Positions 31,212 to 41,002 of a stretch of 64,000 bases of DNA are shown here, in pieces. Under the pieces are notes generated by a model, which searched no databases, was not told where the DNA came from, and saw only the letters and a program-made list of their open reading frames with translations. Position 1 is the stretch's first letter. Each line of letters starts with the position of its first letter. The DNA comes from Promethearchaeota archaeon (GTDB taxonomy: Archaea > Asgardarchaeota > Lokiarchaeia > Sigyniarchaeales > SOKP01). The translations under genes were made by a program, and so were the position numbers. Location: assembly GCA_016840085.1 (NCBI GenBank), contig JAEOTA010000036.1, positions 64,001 through 128,000 of the forward strand. Reading direction: 5' to 3'.

Positions 31212-31889
31212 ATGAGACTCTCAATTATTTTGGATTTTTGGTTAATTTTAAGAATTATTTTCCTAATTTTTCTGATAATTTTAGGAATTTTTTTTTTCAT
31301 TGTATTCATTCTTTTAAGAGTTATCCGAAGATATTATAAATTCCCTATTCCTGGTTTTTTAACACGTTTAATTGACAATCCTATAAGAAGAAAATTAATA
31401 CAAAAACCTGAAAAAGTTGCTGATCGAATGGAACTTGAACCTGGTATGGTAATAGTTGAAATTGGGCCTGGAAAAGGAAGTTATACAAAAGAGCTTGCAA
31501 AAAGAGTTCTACCAGATGGAAGAGTGTATGCTATAGATATTCAAGAATCCGTTATCAACTGGTTAAAACGGCGAATTAAAAAAGAAAATATCACTAATAT
31601 AATTCCTAAAATTGATGATGCATATAATCTTTCATTTGAAGATGGCAGTGTTGATCGTGTTCTAGCGATTGCTTGTCTTCCTGAAATTCCAGAGCCAGTA
31701 AAAGTTCTTAAAGAATTGAAAAGAGTTTTAAAACTTGATGGTATAGTTTCTCTTAGCGAATTGATTCCAGATCCTGATTATCCTAGAAGAAAAACAGAAA
31801 AAACTTGGGCAGAAGAAGCTGGTTTTGAATTGTATAAACAATTTAGAAATTGGTTCGTATATCAATTAAACTTTAAGAAGAAAAACTAG
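31212..31889 (+). CDS. Class I SAM-dependent methyltransferase with N-terminal TM
   Basis: VEIGPGKGSY, VYAIDIQ, LSFEDGSVD. Confidence 0.88.
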   Translation: MRLSIILDFWLILRIIFLIFLIILGIFFFIVFILLRVIRRYYKFPIPGFLTRLIDNPIRRKLIQKPEKVADRMELEPGMVIVEIGPGKGSYTKELAKRVLPDGRVYAIDIQESVINWLKRRIKKENITNIIPKIDDAYNLSFEDGSVDRVLAIACLPEIPEPVKVLKELKRVLKLDGIVSLSELIPDPDYPRRKTEKTWAEEAGFELYKQFRNWFVYQLNFKKKN

Positions 31890-31955
31890 ATCCTTGGATT
31901 AATATAATTTGAATATTAAATAGAAATAGAAATAAAAAAAAATAAAATTAAATCT

Positions 31956-32963
31956 CTATAATTTTTGAACTATTAAATCAGCTAAACGGTTGGAGTAACC
32001 CCACTCATTATCATACCAGCTTACTACACTTGCCATATTTCCAATAACTTTTGTCCAAAGTCCAGAGAATACGGAGCTTGCTTGATTACCAATTACATCA
32101 CTACTAACAATTGGATCATCAGTATATTCTAAAATTCCTTTTAGATAGCCCTCAGAGGCTTCTTTCATTTTTGCATTGATTTCTGCAGCTGTTACGCTTG
32201 TTTCTAAATTACATTTTAAGTCGACAACTGAACCATCTGGGGTTGGAACTCGCATAGCAATACCATCCAATTTTCCGTTCAATTCAGGAAATACTAAACC
32301 AATTGCTTTTGCTGCTCCTGTTGAGGTTGGTAAAATATTTGCTGCAGCACCACGACCACGAATCATCTTTACAGGGTCTCCCGATCGAGCTGAATCCACA
32401 GTTTTCTGATCTCCAGTATAACTATGTATAGTAGTCATAATTCCTCCAGTTATTTTGTAGTTATCATGTAACACTTTTACTACAGGTCCCAAACAATTGG
32501 TTGTACAGCTAGCCAGACTTATTATTTTATGATCATTAGTGAGTTTATCATCATTGCAACCGAGAACTACTGTAATATCTGGGTTTGTAGCAGGAGCACT
32601 TATAAGCACTTTTTTTGCCCCAGCTTCAAGATGTTTAGCAGCACCATCTCTGGCTGTAAAGAATCCAGTACATTCTACAGCTACATCTATATTATTGCTT
32701 CCATGAGGAAGATTAGCGGGGTCTCTTTCAGCAGTGATTGGAATTTCTTTTCCGTTAATTACTAAAGATTTTTCTTTTGCTTCGACACTTCCTTTAAATC
32801 TACCAAAAACAGTATCATATTTTAATACATAAGCTAAATATTTTGGTTCAAACAAATCGTTAATAGACACAACATCAATGTCATTTGGATATTTTTCCGA
32901 GAGTGCTCGAAAGAAATTGCGCCCAATTCGTCCGAATCCATTAATAGCAATTCTTTTCGCCAT
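31956..32963 (-). CDS. gap: Type I (bacterial/eukaryotic-type) glyceraldehyde-3-phosphate dehydrogenase
   Basis: AINGFGRIGR, ASCTTNCL, STGAAKA, RVPTPDGSVVDL, SWYDNEWGYSNR. Confidence 0.96.
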   Translation of the reverse strand: MAKRIAINGFGRIGRNFFRALSEKYPNDIDVVSINDLFEPKYLAYVLKYDTVFGRFKGSVEAKEKSLVINGKEIPITAERDPANLPHGSNNIDVAVECTGFFTARDGAAKHLEAGAKKVLISAPATNPDITVVLGCNDDKLTNDHKIISLASCTTNCLGPVVKVLHDNYKITGGIMTTIHSYTGDQKTVDSARSGDPVKMIRGRGAAANILPTSTGAAKAIGLVFPELNGKLDGIAMRVPTPDGSVVDLKCNLETSVTAAEINAKMKEASEGYLKGILEYTDDPIVSSDVIGNQASSVFSGLWTKVIGNMASVVSWYDNEWGYSNRLADLIVQKL

Positions 32964-33214
32964 TTGTAATCACTTTTTTATTTTTTAATTAGTTTCTTTT
33001 TACTAAGAATGACAATCTAAATATGTGGTAGATAGTTTTTTAATTTTTTAGTTTTATATTTTATTACTTAATTAGATTAAATAAAATGAAAAACAATATA
33101 AGAAGAAATATAATATTAATTGTCAAGGATTCTTTGGATTGTAACTTTCAATATAAATGAGAATGAATTTAAAGAATTAAAACGATTAAAAAAATTAAAT
33201 AAAAAGTTAAAGAA

Positions 33215-33703
33215 ATGGATATAGATTTATCTTTTGTTAAAAATGGATATTTTTTACGTAGTTTGAAGGAATATTTAGAGAAATTATTCCAATTAGATAA
33301 AAAAATACAGGGTGTTATATTATTTGGATCTTTAGCCAGAGGTGAGGCGATTTATTCCGAAAGAGAGGTTAGCGACATCGATTTAATCGTAGTTTTTTCT
33401 GATGGGGAACTCCCTAAGTATCATATAGAAAGATCTAGAATAAAGAGAGAATTAATGGATTTAGCACTTCTAGGTTTTGATTCAATATGGATAACTAAGA
33501 CAGAATTTAAAAAATCTGTACAAATTAAATCAGATATCATTTTAAGTAGTTTAGATAAAGGTAAGATTTTATTTGATCCAAATGATTTGATAAAAAATCA
33601 AAAAAATAAATTAATTCGAGAGTTAAAAGAAAAAGGCGTGAAAAAGAGAATTAACTATTGGATTTGGCCTTTAAAAAAATTAGGAGATGAAATTGAATGG
33701 TAA
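33215..33703 (+). CDS. Minimal nucleotidyltransferase (MNT); cognate HEPN gene apparently lost
   Basis: LFGSLARGE...SDIDLIVV; the overlapping downstream ATG gives only MVNPKL*. Confidence 0.85.
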   Translation: MDIDLSFVKNGYFLRSLKEYLEKLFQLDKKIQGVILFGSLARGEAIYSEREVSDIDLIVVFSDGELPKYHIERSRIKRELMDLALLGFDSIWITKTEFKKSVQIKSDIILSSLDKGKILFDPNDLIKNQKNKLIRELKEKGVKKRINYWIWPLKKLGDEIEW

Positions 33704-33709
33704 ATCCTA

Positions 33710-33907
33710 AATTATAGCAGTACTAATACAAATAAAACAATTTATTCCAACATCTCCTTTTATACACACCCCATACTAGATGTTAGAACCCTCATCAATA
33801 TAAACATCTCCCATGATTATTGCTGTAGGAGCAATAAAAACCGAGTTATGAATCTGTGGTTCTTTCCCATTAACCGGACTAGGCATGAATAAAGATATAA
33901 ATTTCAC
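33710..33907 (-). pseudogene. Gamma carbonic anhydrase-family 5' fragment
   Basis: PSPVNGKEPQIHNSVFIAPTAIIMGDVYIDEGSNI*YGVCIKGDVG; TAG at 33776-33778 stands where the family has Trp; truncated. Confidence 0.8.
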
Positions 33908-33948
33908 TTTTACTAAATCTTAATAAATTTCTATAGGAATATGTCAAA

Positions 33949-34062
33949 ATGTCTAAATCTTCTACTAATCCTAACATCATCATAATTTTATGTGATGATA
34001 TGGGCTATTCAGATATTGGATGCTATGGAGGAGAAATAAAATTAAAAAAAGATAAAAATTAA
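33949..34062 (+). pseudogene. Arylsulfatase 5' fragment
   Basis: MSKSSTNPNIIIILCDDMGYSDIGCYGGEIK, a classic sulfatase N-terminus, then a stop after 37 aa. Confidence 0.82.
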
Positions 34063-35564
34063 ATATACCCTAAAGATTCAAAAACTGCGGTAATAAGCCG
34101 ATCACCACGAGTATCTGAATGATATTTATTTGTCCTAGTTTCTTCTAAAGTTTGGGTTCTCATTTTATTCATAACATAACCAATACTCAATTTTGCATCT
34201 AGATCCATTGTTATAGCTGAACCACCAGCACCACCCCAAAAACAGGTTCGTGGATGAGGAAAAGGCATTTCTTTAGAAGGTAAGCCTACTCCCAAACCCC
34301 ATCGTAAAGGATATGGCATAACAAGGTCTCTACTATAGATTTGTTCCTCTAGTAATTGTTCTAAAGTTTCTTTTGAAATGAATCGTATACCACTAATTTC
34401 ACCTTCACATGCAATTATCGAAGCAATTTTAGCAACTGATCTAGCATTTCTATGACCATTTGCAGCAGGGATTTCAGCAGCTTGCCATTCACGATCAAAA
34501 GACCTATCTCGCAATGCAATAGGATTTAACGCCATTTTTAACCCTACAGGTCCTGTTTTTCGAATTTCTGCGCCAATTAGCTCAAACAATTTTTTAATTT
34601 GATCGGTATCCTCACGCTTTCCTTCCATTTTTAAATTTTTTGAAATAAACTCAGGTTCTTCATTTATTTTCGAAAATAACCAATACATTAGACCTGTTGT
34701 TTTTTTTGTAACTGTAAATTTACAATGAGGCATCTCAATTTTTTCCTTACTGAACTTGAATTTACCATTTTGAATTTTTATAGTAAAGATGTCCTGATCT
34801 CCAAAATCTAAGCGGATAATCTTTTCTAAATTTCCAATTTCATTCTGAATTACTTTTGAATTATTAGCACGACTAAGTATAGCTCCGAGAATTAGAGATA
34901 TAAAATCCATGAGAGGAGGCGGCGGTATTAATCTACTTACGCGAGGTAAATGTTTTTTTGGTAGCCCAATATAAAAATTTGCATTAAGAGGGTTTGCAAT
35001 TTCCTCTTTGAAAAAAGTGCCAAGCGATTTTCCCGTAGTTCTTCGAACTATTTCTCCTAAAAGGAACCCATGTGTAATAGCATGGTAGCCTGATTTAGTC
35101 CCTGGTTCCCACCATGGCTTTTGGGCAGCAAGAAGATTGACTATTTTATCCCAATCATACCACGCACTATAAGGGATAACTTCTTCGATTCCTGCTAACC
35201 CCGAGGTATGACTTAAAAGGTGCCGTACCAAAATATTTTCTTTCCCATTTTGGGCAAATTCAGGCCAATATGTTGCGACTTTTTCATCTAAATTTAAGAG
35301 GCCCTGATCTACACACATCATCGTGCAAAGAACGGTTGGTACTTTAGTTGTACTATAAACATTACATATAGTATCTTTTTCCCAAGGTTGAGTTCTTTTT
35401 TCATCTTTAAATCCTCCCCAAATATCAATTACATATTTACCATTTATCGTAACCGCAAAACTTGCACCAATTTCCATCCCTTCTTCAAAATTTCTTATAA
35501 AAGCTTTCTCAACAGCCTTAAATCTAGGTTCATAAAATCCATATATTTTAATTTTATTTGACAA
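34059..35564 (-). CDS. Beta-lactamase-like serine hydrolase (EstA type) with an internal SCP2-like insertion
   Basis: YSTTK (SxxK), LLSHTSGL, GYHAITHG, WGGAGGS; about 115-aa insert at 34561-34910. Confidence 0.88.
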   Translation of the reverse strand: MSNKIKIYGFYEPRFKAVEKAFIRNFEEGMEIGASFAVTINGKYVIDIWGGFKDEKRTQPWEKDTICNVYSTTKVPTVLCTMMCVDQGLLNLDEKVATYWPEFAQNGKENILVRHLLSHTSGLAGIEEVIPYSAWYDWDKIVNLLAAQKPWWEPGTKSGYHAITHGFLLGEIVRRTTGKSLGTFFKEEIANPLNANFYIGLPKKHLPRVSRLIPPPPLMDFISLILGAILSRANNSKVIQNEIGNLEKIIRLDFGDQDIFTIKIQNGKFKFSKEKIEMPHCKFTVTKKTTGLMYWLFSKINEEPEFISKNLKMEGKREDTDQIKKLFELIGAEIRKTGPVGLKMALNPIALRDRSFDREWQAAEIPAANGHRNARSVAKIASIIACEGEISGIRFISKETLEQLLEEQIYSRDLVMPYPLRWGLGVGLPSKEMPFPHPRTCFWGGAGGSAITMDLDAKLSIGYVMNKMRTQTLEETRTNKYHSDTRGDRLITAVFESLGYI

Positions 35565-35634
35565 AATTCATAATTTTGCTTTAATCCTATTTAATTATAA
35601 TGAATTTTAAATCATATCTTAAGTTAAATATCTT

Positions 35635-36426
35635 ATGACTGACCAAGAATTAATTTTATATGAAGTAAAAGGACGTATTGCTATAATTACATTAAATAGA
35701 TCAGAAAAAGCGAATTCTTGTAATGTTGCGATGTTAATGAGAATTCATGAGAGTTTAATCGACGCTGATAATAATGAGAAAGTGAAATGTATTATCATAA
35801 AAAGCACAGGGCAAAGATTCTTTTCTGCGGGGTATGATCTAAAAGAAATACAAGGTGCTCCTGAAAATGCAGCTAAAATACAAGAATGGGGTAGAAAGAT
35901 CAATCAATCTATAATTCTTATGAAAAAAACCGTAATTACACAAGTTCAAGGCATCGCGGTTGGTTTTGGTGTATTGTTGATATTAGCTTCTGATTTGAGG
36001 ATTTTTGCAGAAAGACCAAAAGAAGAATTATATTTAAGGTTACCGGAGCTCGCAATCTCAGCATTTCCGCAAACTGGGGCAACTCTTTTACCATTAATGG
36101 CGTTCGGATTTAGTTATGCTAAATACGCACTTTTTAGCGCTGATAAAATTGGATTAGAAGAACTTAAAAATATGAATTTCCCAACAAGAATTTTTCCACT
36201 AGACCAACTCGAGGTCGAAACAATTACTTTTGTCAGGGGGTTGACTAAATATCAAACGGAGTTCCTATTCTTTACTAAATCTATGTTAACAATTATGCAT
36301 AAAAACAATATTAAGTCCTGCCTTGATTTAGAAGAGGAGTGTGGTAAGGTTGCATATGCAAAAGAAAAAAAATCCATGAAGGAACTAGAGGAATTTATAA
36401 AAAGCTTACATGAAAAATATTCTTAA
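35635..36426 (+). CDS. Enoyl-CoA hydratase/isomerase family protein
   Basis: AIITLNR, FFSAGYDL, QVQGIAVGFG..LASDLR. Confidence 0.9.
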   Translation: MTDQELILYEVKGRIAIITLNRSEKANSCNVAMLMRIHESLIDADNNEKVKCIIIKSTGQRFFSAGYDLKEIQGAPENAAKIQEWGRKINQSIILMKKTVITQVQGIAVGFGVLLILASDLRIFAERPKEELYLRLPELAISAFPQTGATLLPLMAFGFSYAKYALFSADKIGLEELKNMNFPTRIFPLDQLEVETITFVRGLTKYQTEFLFFTKSMLTIMHKNNIKSCLDLEEECGKVAYAKEKKSMKELEEFIKSLHEKYS

Positions 36427-36481
36427 TATTTTTCAGAAAAAATTTCTTTATTTACATATAACTATAATCAGGTGATTAAAA

Positions 36482-37399
36482 ATAGGATTTATTCTTACCC
36501 CCAGTAAATTTAACAAAAATACATGGCTTATAGATGCTGCTTATAAGAGAAATGATGGAACTAGGGTAAAAAATGGTCATGCTGCTTACTTAATTAAAAC
36601 TGAAGATAGTAGTAATTGTTTGATTAATTCAGGTGCTCGAAGTGGAGCTCCAAGTATATTCAAAAAACTTAAGAAATTAGGAGCGTGGCCTCTAGAGAAG
36701 TTAATCATTACCCATTCTCATTGGGATCATACTCAGGGAGTAATATATTTTCGAGAAAAAGTTGAGGAGGAAGGTATTTCTCCAATTGAAGTTTTTGCTT
36801 CAGAAAAAGCTATTCCATATTTAAAGAATCAATCTTATAATTCTTGCTTTGCTGCTGAAGCTTATTATTCTGAATTTCTAAACATTGACGGAGTAAAGCC
36901 TCTTAAGGATAATGAAAAAATCCATATTGGTGAAAATTTATCATTAGAAATTATTGAGACTCCTGGACACATGCCAGATCATATTTCAGTTTATGATATG
37001 AGTAATAAAACTGTGTTTACTGGTGATACTATCGGGATGCACTGGTTCCCTGATTTTTATGTATGCAATTCTAATTCTATTTATTGGAAAGAAAAAGATT
37101 ACCTTGAATCAATTGAAAAATTAAAATCGCTTGATTTAGAATTTCTTTGTATAGCTCATTTTGGAGTCATTACTAAAGAAGATATCGGACGTTTCTTTGA
37201 TAATTCTGTCTCTATGTATTATAAATGGATGGAGTTATTTGATCAAAAGAGTGATAAGCTTGACAATCCGCACTTTCTTATCGATTCATTATGGAATTCA
37301 GTTTATAATGATTTTTCAGATAAGCCAATATTGAAAGATACTTTAGAAATTGCTGTATTAAATGCTATAAATTATTATAAAGGACTTAAATCGCTTTAG
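36482..37399 (+). CDS. Metallo-beta-lactamase-fold hydrolase; probable ATA start
   Basis: THSHWDH, TPGHMPDH, FTGD, AHFG. The open frame extends 46 codons upstream of the track's TTG to an ATA at 36482, which follows GGTGA at 36471-36475. Confidence 0.82.
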   Translation: MGFILTPSKFNKNTWLIDAAYKRNDGTRVKNGHAAYLIKTEDSSNCLINSGARSGAPSIFKKLKKLGAWPLEKLIITHSHWDHTQGVIYFREKVEEEGISPIEVFASEKAIPYLKNQSYNSCFAAEAYYSEFLNIDGVKPLKDNEKIHIGENLSLEIIETPGHMPDHISVYDMSNKTVFTGDTIGMHWFPDFYVCNSNSIYWKEKDYLESIEKLKSLDLEFLCIAHFGVITKEDIGRFFDNSVSMYYKWMELFDQKSDKLDNPHFLIDSLWNSVYNDFSDKPILKDTLEIAVLNAINYYKGLKSL

Positions 37400-37400
37400 T

Positions 37401-37637
37401 TTAAAATTTATATTTTTTACTTATCATGTTATTATAAATCACATCTGTTAAACGAACATACTCTAATCCATTAGGTAAAAGAACATAAATAGGATCTTTT
37501 GTCTGAGTAATATCAAAACTTTCCTTTTTCATTAGAGATTTTTGAATCTTGTGTGTACTTGTGGTAGAGAGCGCAGATAAGAATCGGATGAATTTTGGAA
37601 TAACATATTTAGAAAGATTTTTCTGTAATAATTGCAA
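37401..37637 (-). pseudogene. 3' remnant of a FATP-type long-chain acyl-CoA synthetase
   Basis: YVIPKFIRFL..LSTTSTHKIQK...FD....DPIYVL....YVRLT..IY resembles the FATP/VLACS C-terminus; no upstream body. Confidence 0.7.
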
Positions 37638-37731
37638 GAAATGCTTTCAAGTACAATAAAGAGACGTTAAACACCATGGAAATACAATTTTTTTAACAAA
37701 TCATTTTTTATTTATTTTCAGGATTTACAAG

Positions 37732-38223
37732 CTATAAATATGGAAGATCGTTTATTTCCATTGTAGTTCTTGTAGCTTTGATCAATTTGTGGAAGCCTGC
37801 TTTAGGAATTTGTAATGTTTCCGTATTAACGTTAGGATGGCAACAAATCTCTTCAGCATTCCAGATATTTTCATCCACCATGAAAATTACTTTATCTTCG
37901 ATATCATTAACTAGTCCAATCGGAGACACAGCACCCGGAGTAATACCTAACACTTCAGAGAGATCTTTAGGTTCAGCAAAGCGAACTTTAGGAGCACCTA
38001 TAATTCTACGAAATTGGTTTAAATCAAGACGCTTGTCATGAGGTATTGTTACAAGATAGAATTGACCCAATTTCTTATTCTTCAGAAATAAATTTTTACA
38101 ATGAGTTCCTGGGATGTGGCCACAATGTATTTTAGCTTCAGCTACAGTAAACACAGCTGGGTGTGTATGCAAGACATATTGAATATTATGATCCGCTAGC
38201 CATTTTTTTAATGACTCATCCAT
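37732..38223 (-). CDS. YbaK/ProXp-ala (PrdX-like) aminoacyl-tRNA deacylase
   Basis: HPAVFTVAEA, CKNLFLK, LGITPGAVSPIGLVND, CHPNVNT. Confidence 0.92.
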   Translation of the reverse strand: MDESLKKWLADHNIQYVLHTHPAVFTVAEAKIHCGHIPGTHCKNLFLKNKKLGQFYLVTIPHDKRLDLNQFRRIIGAPKVRFAEPKDLSEVLGITPGAVSPIGLVNDIEDKVIFMVDENIWNAEEICCHPNVNTETLQIPKAGFHKLIKATRTTMEINDLPYL

Positions 38224-38319
38224 TTTTTTCTCATCCTAATATACATTTCACATAAAGAAATCTCAAAAAATAAGAATTACTAATAATAAATAAAGGTGCA
38301 AAATAAAAACAAAATGAAA

Positions 38320-39090
38320 TTAAGATTCTCCTTCTGTTTCCTCTCTTCCGAGTAACCTAATTACAGCGTCTGCTAATTTGTTTTGACTTCGGCTCATAAT
38401 GCCTTTAATTTTGCCTTCTTTTCCGAGAACTCGTAGCATGATGCCGTTCCAAATAGAAGAAGGTTCTCCTTTAATATTCTTAAATCTATCACGATGAACC
38501 TCAACGCTAATATTATCATAATTCTTAGCTGCTTCAGTGCATTTAAAACATAAAATACATTTATCCTTATCTACTTCAATTTCTTTACCTTTTTTCTCCA
38601 TCGCACTGACAGCACATTCTTCGCAGAATTTATCTATTACTTTTGTATCTTTCTCATTACAAGTAATTGTTATCGAACCTTCGACAACTTTCCTAACTTT
38701 ATTTCCATTCTCTAGTGTTCGAACCTCTTCATCAAATTCTGGAAGAGAACCATTTTCTACAAGATTTAGTTTTTTCTCTCCATTAATAAGAAGTTCCAAG
38801 GTGTAACCTGGACAAATCCAAGTGCATGAACCACACCATACACACTTATCCATATCAACTATAATCTTTTTATCAGACTCAATTTTCATCTCTTCTGGAG
38901 TTCCAATAGCGGTTTTTTTATAGGGTTCATCATATATAGATATTGTAACAGGGCAAACTCTATGGCAAAAACCGCATTCAACGCATTTACTCTCATCATA
39001 CTTTAGAACCATTTCATGATTGAGCATCTTGAATTGATAATGAGTTATGTTCTCATCAACTTGAATTGCTTTCTTCGATGGTAATGAAAT
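38320..39090 (-). CDS. Polyferredoxin (FwdF-like); start may be ATT at 39090 or ATG at 39027
   Basis: CVECGFCHRVCP, CVWCGSCTWICP, CILCFKC; the frame is open upstream (ISLPSKKAIQVDENITHYQFK), similar to the FwdF N-terminus. Confidence 0.8.
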   Translation of the reverse strand: MSLPSKKAIQVDENITHYQFKMLNHEMVLKYDESKCVECGFCHRVCPVTISIYDEPYKKTAIGTPEEMKIESDKKIIVDMDKCVWCGSCTWICPGYTLELLINGEKKLNLVENGSLPEFDEEVRTLENGNKVRKVVEGSITITCNEKDTKVIDKFCEECAVSAMEKKGKEIEVDKDKCILCFKCTEAAKNYDNISVEVHRDRFKNIKGEPSSIWNGIMLRVLGKEGKIKGIMSRSQNKLADAVIRLLGREETEGES

Positions 39091-39284
39091 TTTCTTTTCA
39101 CTTTTTTTTGAATTTTAGATTAATTATTAATAATTTATTGAAAATAATAAAAGTTTCATCATTTGTTTCCAACTATATTTGTTAATTTGCTTTTAACATA
39201 TTCTGAATTATTTTTTGAAGAATTTTCAGAAGAGATGAAAAATATATTTAAAATAAACTATCTTACTTTTTTAGTAGTTTATGA

Positions 39285-39686
39285 ATGAGGGTGAATCTAA
39301 TTATGAGATTACCTGCATTTATTTTAAAAAAGTGGTTAAAAGAAATTATTATTAGAGATCACAATATAGAAATAAAATTCTATTACAAGAGACGATCCCG
39401 TACTATTAAAGAACTTTTAGACACCCTTATTATTTGGATTGATAAAAGAGTATTCTTTGACAACCAATTTTATCCAAATGATTTTGATATTGTGGTAAAT
39501 GGAACACTATATAAAAATCAAAACTTAGTTGAAATTAATGATTATCGTATTCAAGCTGGAGATTTGATTCAATTAATTGTCCCTAATAGAACAAATATAT
39601 TAAGTGGGAGATATAAAATCTCGTTTGGATCCCATGGATATTCTAAAAAGGTGAATTTTAAAATAGACATATTATCTTCGAGGTAA
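39285..39686 (+). CDS. Hypothetical protein, possible beta-grasp (ThiS/MoaD-like) fold without C-terminal GG
   Basis: TIKELLDTL...IVVNG...IQAGDLIQLIVP pattern. Confidence 0.55.
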   Translation: MRVNLIMRLPAFILKKWLKEIIIRDHNIEIKFYYKRRSRTIKELLDTLIIWIDKRVFFDNQFYPNDFDIVVNGTLYKNQNLVEINDYRIQAGDLIQLIVPNRTNILSGRYKISFGSHGYSKKVNFKIDILSSR

Positions 39687-39690
39687 CAGA

Positions 39691-40974
39691 ATGAGTGACC
39701 AAAAATCTATTTCAAAACTATTACAAATAACATATTATTATGCTTTAGGTTCAGTTATCATATATGAAATAATAATAATATATAGTTCCTCAATAAACTA
39801 TATGTATTTTTTTATTCCCGGTTTTTTTGTCGCTTTCTTCTTTAGTGTATACTACATAAATCGACAAAGAAATCTATCAAAATATCCTAGACCAATAAGA
39901 AAAAAATGGTATTCTTCTTTACCAGACTGGTTTTGGTTAGTTTTATGTTATATCATCTTTTTTACATTACTTCTCACTATTCCTTTTGGCATTACTGGAT
40001 TGTTGTTTGCAACTATAATACCTTGTATAATAGTGACTATTGTTTTTTTTAGGATACAATATCTAATTTCGGTAGGAGATAACATAGAGAGAACATCTAG
40101 AATATTTAAAAATAAAGAGATTATAATTAAGGGATTATTGATTGGGTTTGTTCTGATTCCCTTAGTCATCTTATATATAATTTTCTTAAGTATAATGACG
40201 GTGATTATTCTAATATTGCCTGGAATTTTTTATTATTTATACTTTAATCGTCAGAAAATAAAATTACAGAAAAAACATGAGTTCTTAATTTTCTTTATTG
40301 TCATAATTCTATCAATTACCCCATTCATTCTTGAAAGAACCTTGATTAGAAAGAATTATAAATATTTCGAGAATTATAATTTAGATCCAGCAGTTTCAAA
40401 TAATGTAATTTCTATTTCTGAATCTTTTGATCACCATCAAGAATTAAATTGGAGTACGATAATAAGCCATGATGATATAGTTTTTCCTAATGAGAGAATA
40501 TTGTACAAAAATAAAATTAATGATCATAAGAATCAATTTTTTATTCCTTATCTTCATGGTAAAGAGTTGTTTAAGTATAGTTTCTCAGCTACCCCAATTA
40601 TTACTCCTGTGATAATTAATTATACAATAGATTATGGTTATTTTGAATATTCTCTTAATGATATTTCTTTCAATATATCAGGAGATTATTTTGATAAAGA
40701 CTTTTTTGATGAATATAGATACTGTTTTTGTTATTTCTATATAAATTCTTCTCTTTACAATCCTCCTAATATTACATCAGAATCAGTAGCATTTTCTAGC
40801 GGATTTCTTGTTACGATTCATATGAGTTATGAATACCAATCTTCAATTTTTTATTTCGGAGGGGAGAAGGAACAAAAACATATAATAATTCTTAATGATG
40901 ATTATGAAATTTTATTCGTTTTAATTGTAAGTTCTATAATTCAATTCATTGATGCTAGTGCATGTGGGTGTTAG
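39691..40974 (+). CDS. Multi-TM membrane protein with C-terminal CGC
   Basis: 427-aa ORF; tandem paralog of 41003-42283. Confidence 0.8.
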   Translation: MSDQKSISKLLQITYYYALGSVIIYEIIIIYSSSINYMYFFIPGFFVAFFFSVYYINRQRNLSKYPRPIRKKWYSSLPDWFWLVLCYIIFFTLLLTIPFGITGLLFATIIPCIIVTIVFFRIQYLISVGDNIERTSRIFKNKEIIIKGLLIGFVLIPLVILYIIFLSIMTVIILILPGIFYYLYFNRQKIKLQKKHEFLIFFIVIILSITPFILERTLIRKNYKYFENYNLDPAVSNNVISISESFDHHQELNWSTIISHDDIVFPNERILYKNKINDHKNQFFIPYLHGKELFKYSFSATPIITPVIINYTIDYGYFEYSLNDISFNISGDYFDKDFFDEYRYCFCYFYINSSLYNPPNITSESVAFSSGFLVTIHMSYEYQSSIFYFGGEKEQKHIIILNDDYEILFVLIVSSIIQFIDASACGC

Positions 40975-41002
40975 AGACAATTATTTAAAATGATGAAAAA
41001 AA

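Noticed and set aside
33776-33778. In-frame TAG as pyrrolysine (also the TAG in the 15334-15412 stub)
   Set aside because: Both replace Trp (TGG->TAG) in truncated fragments, which is ordinary nonsense decay
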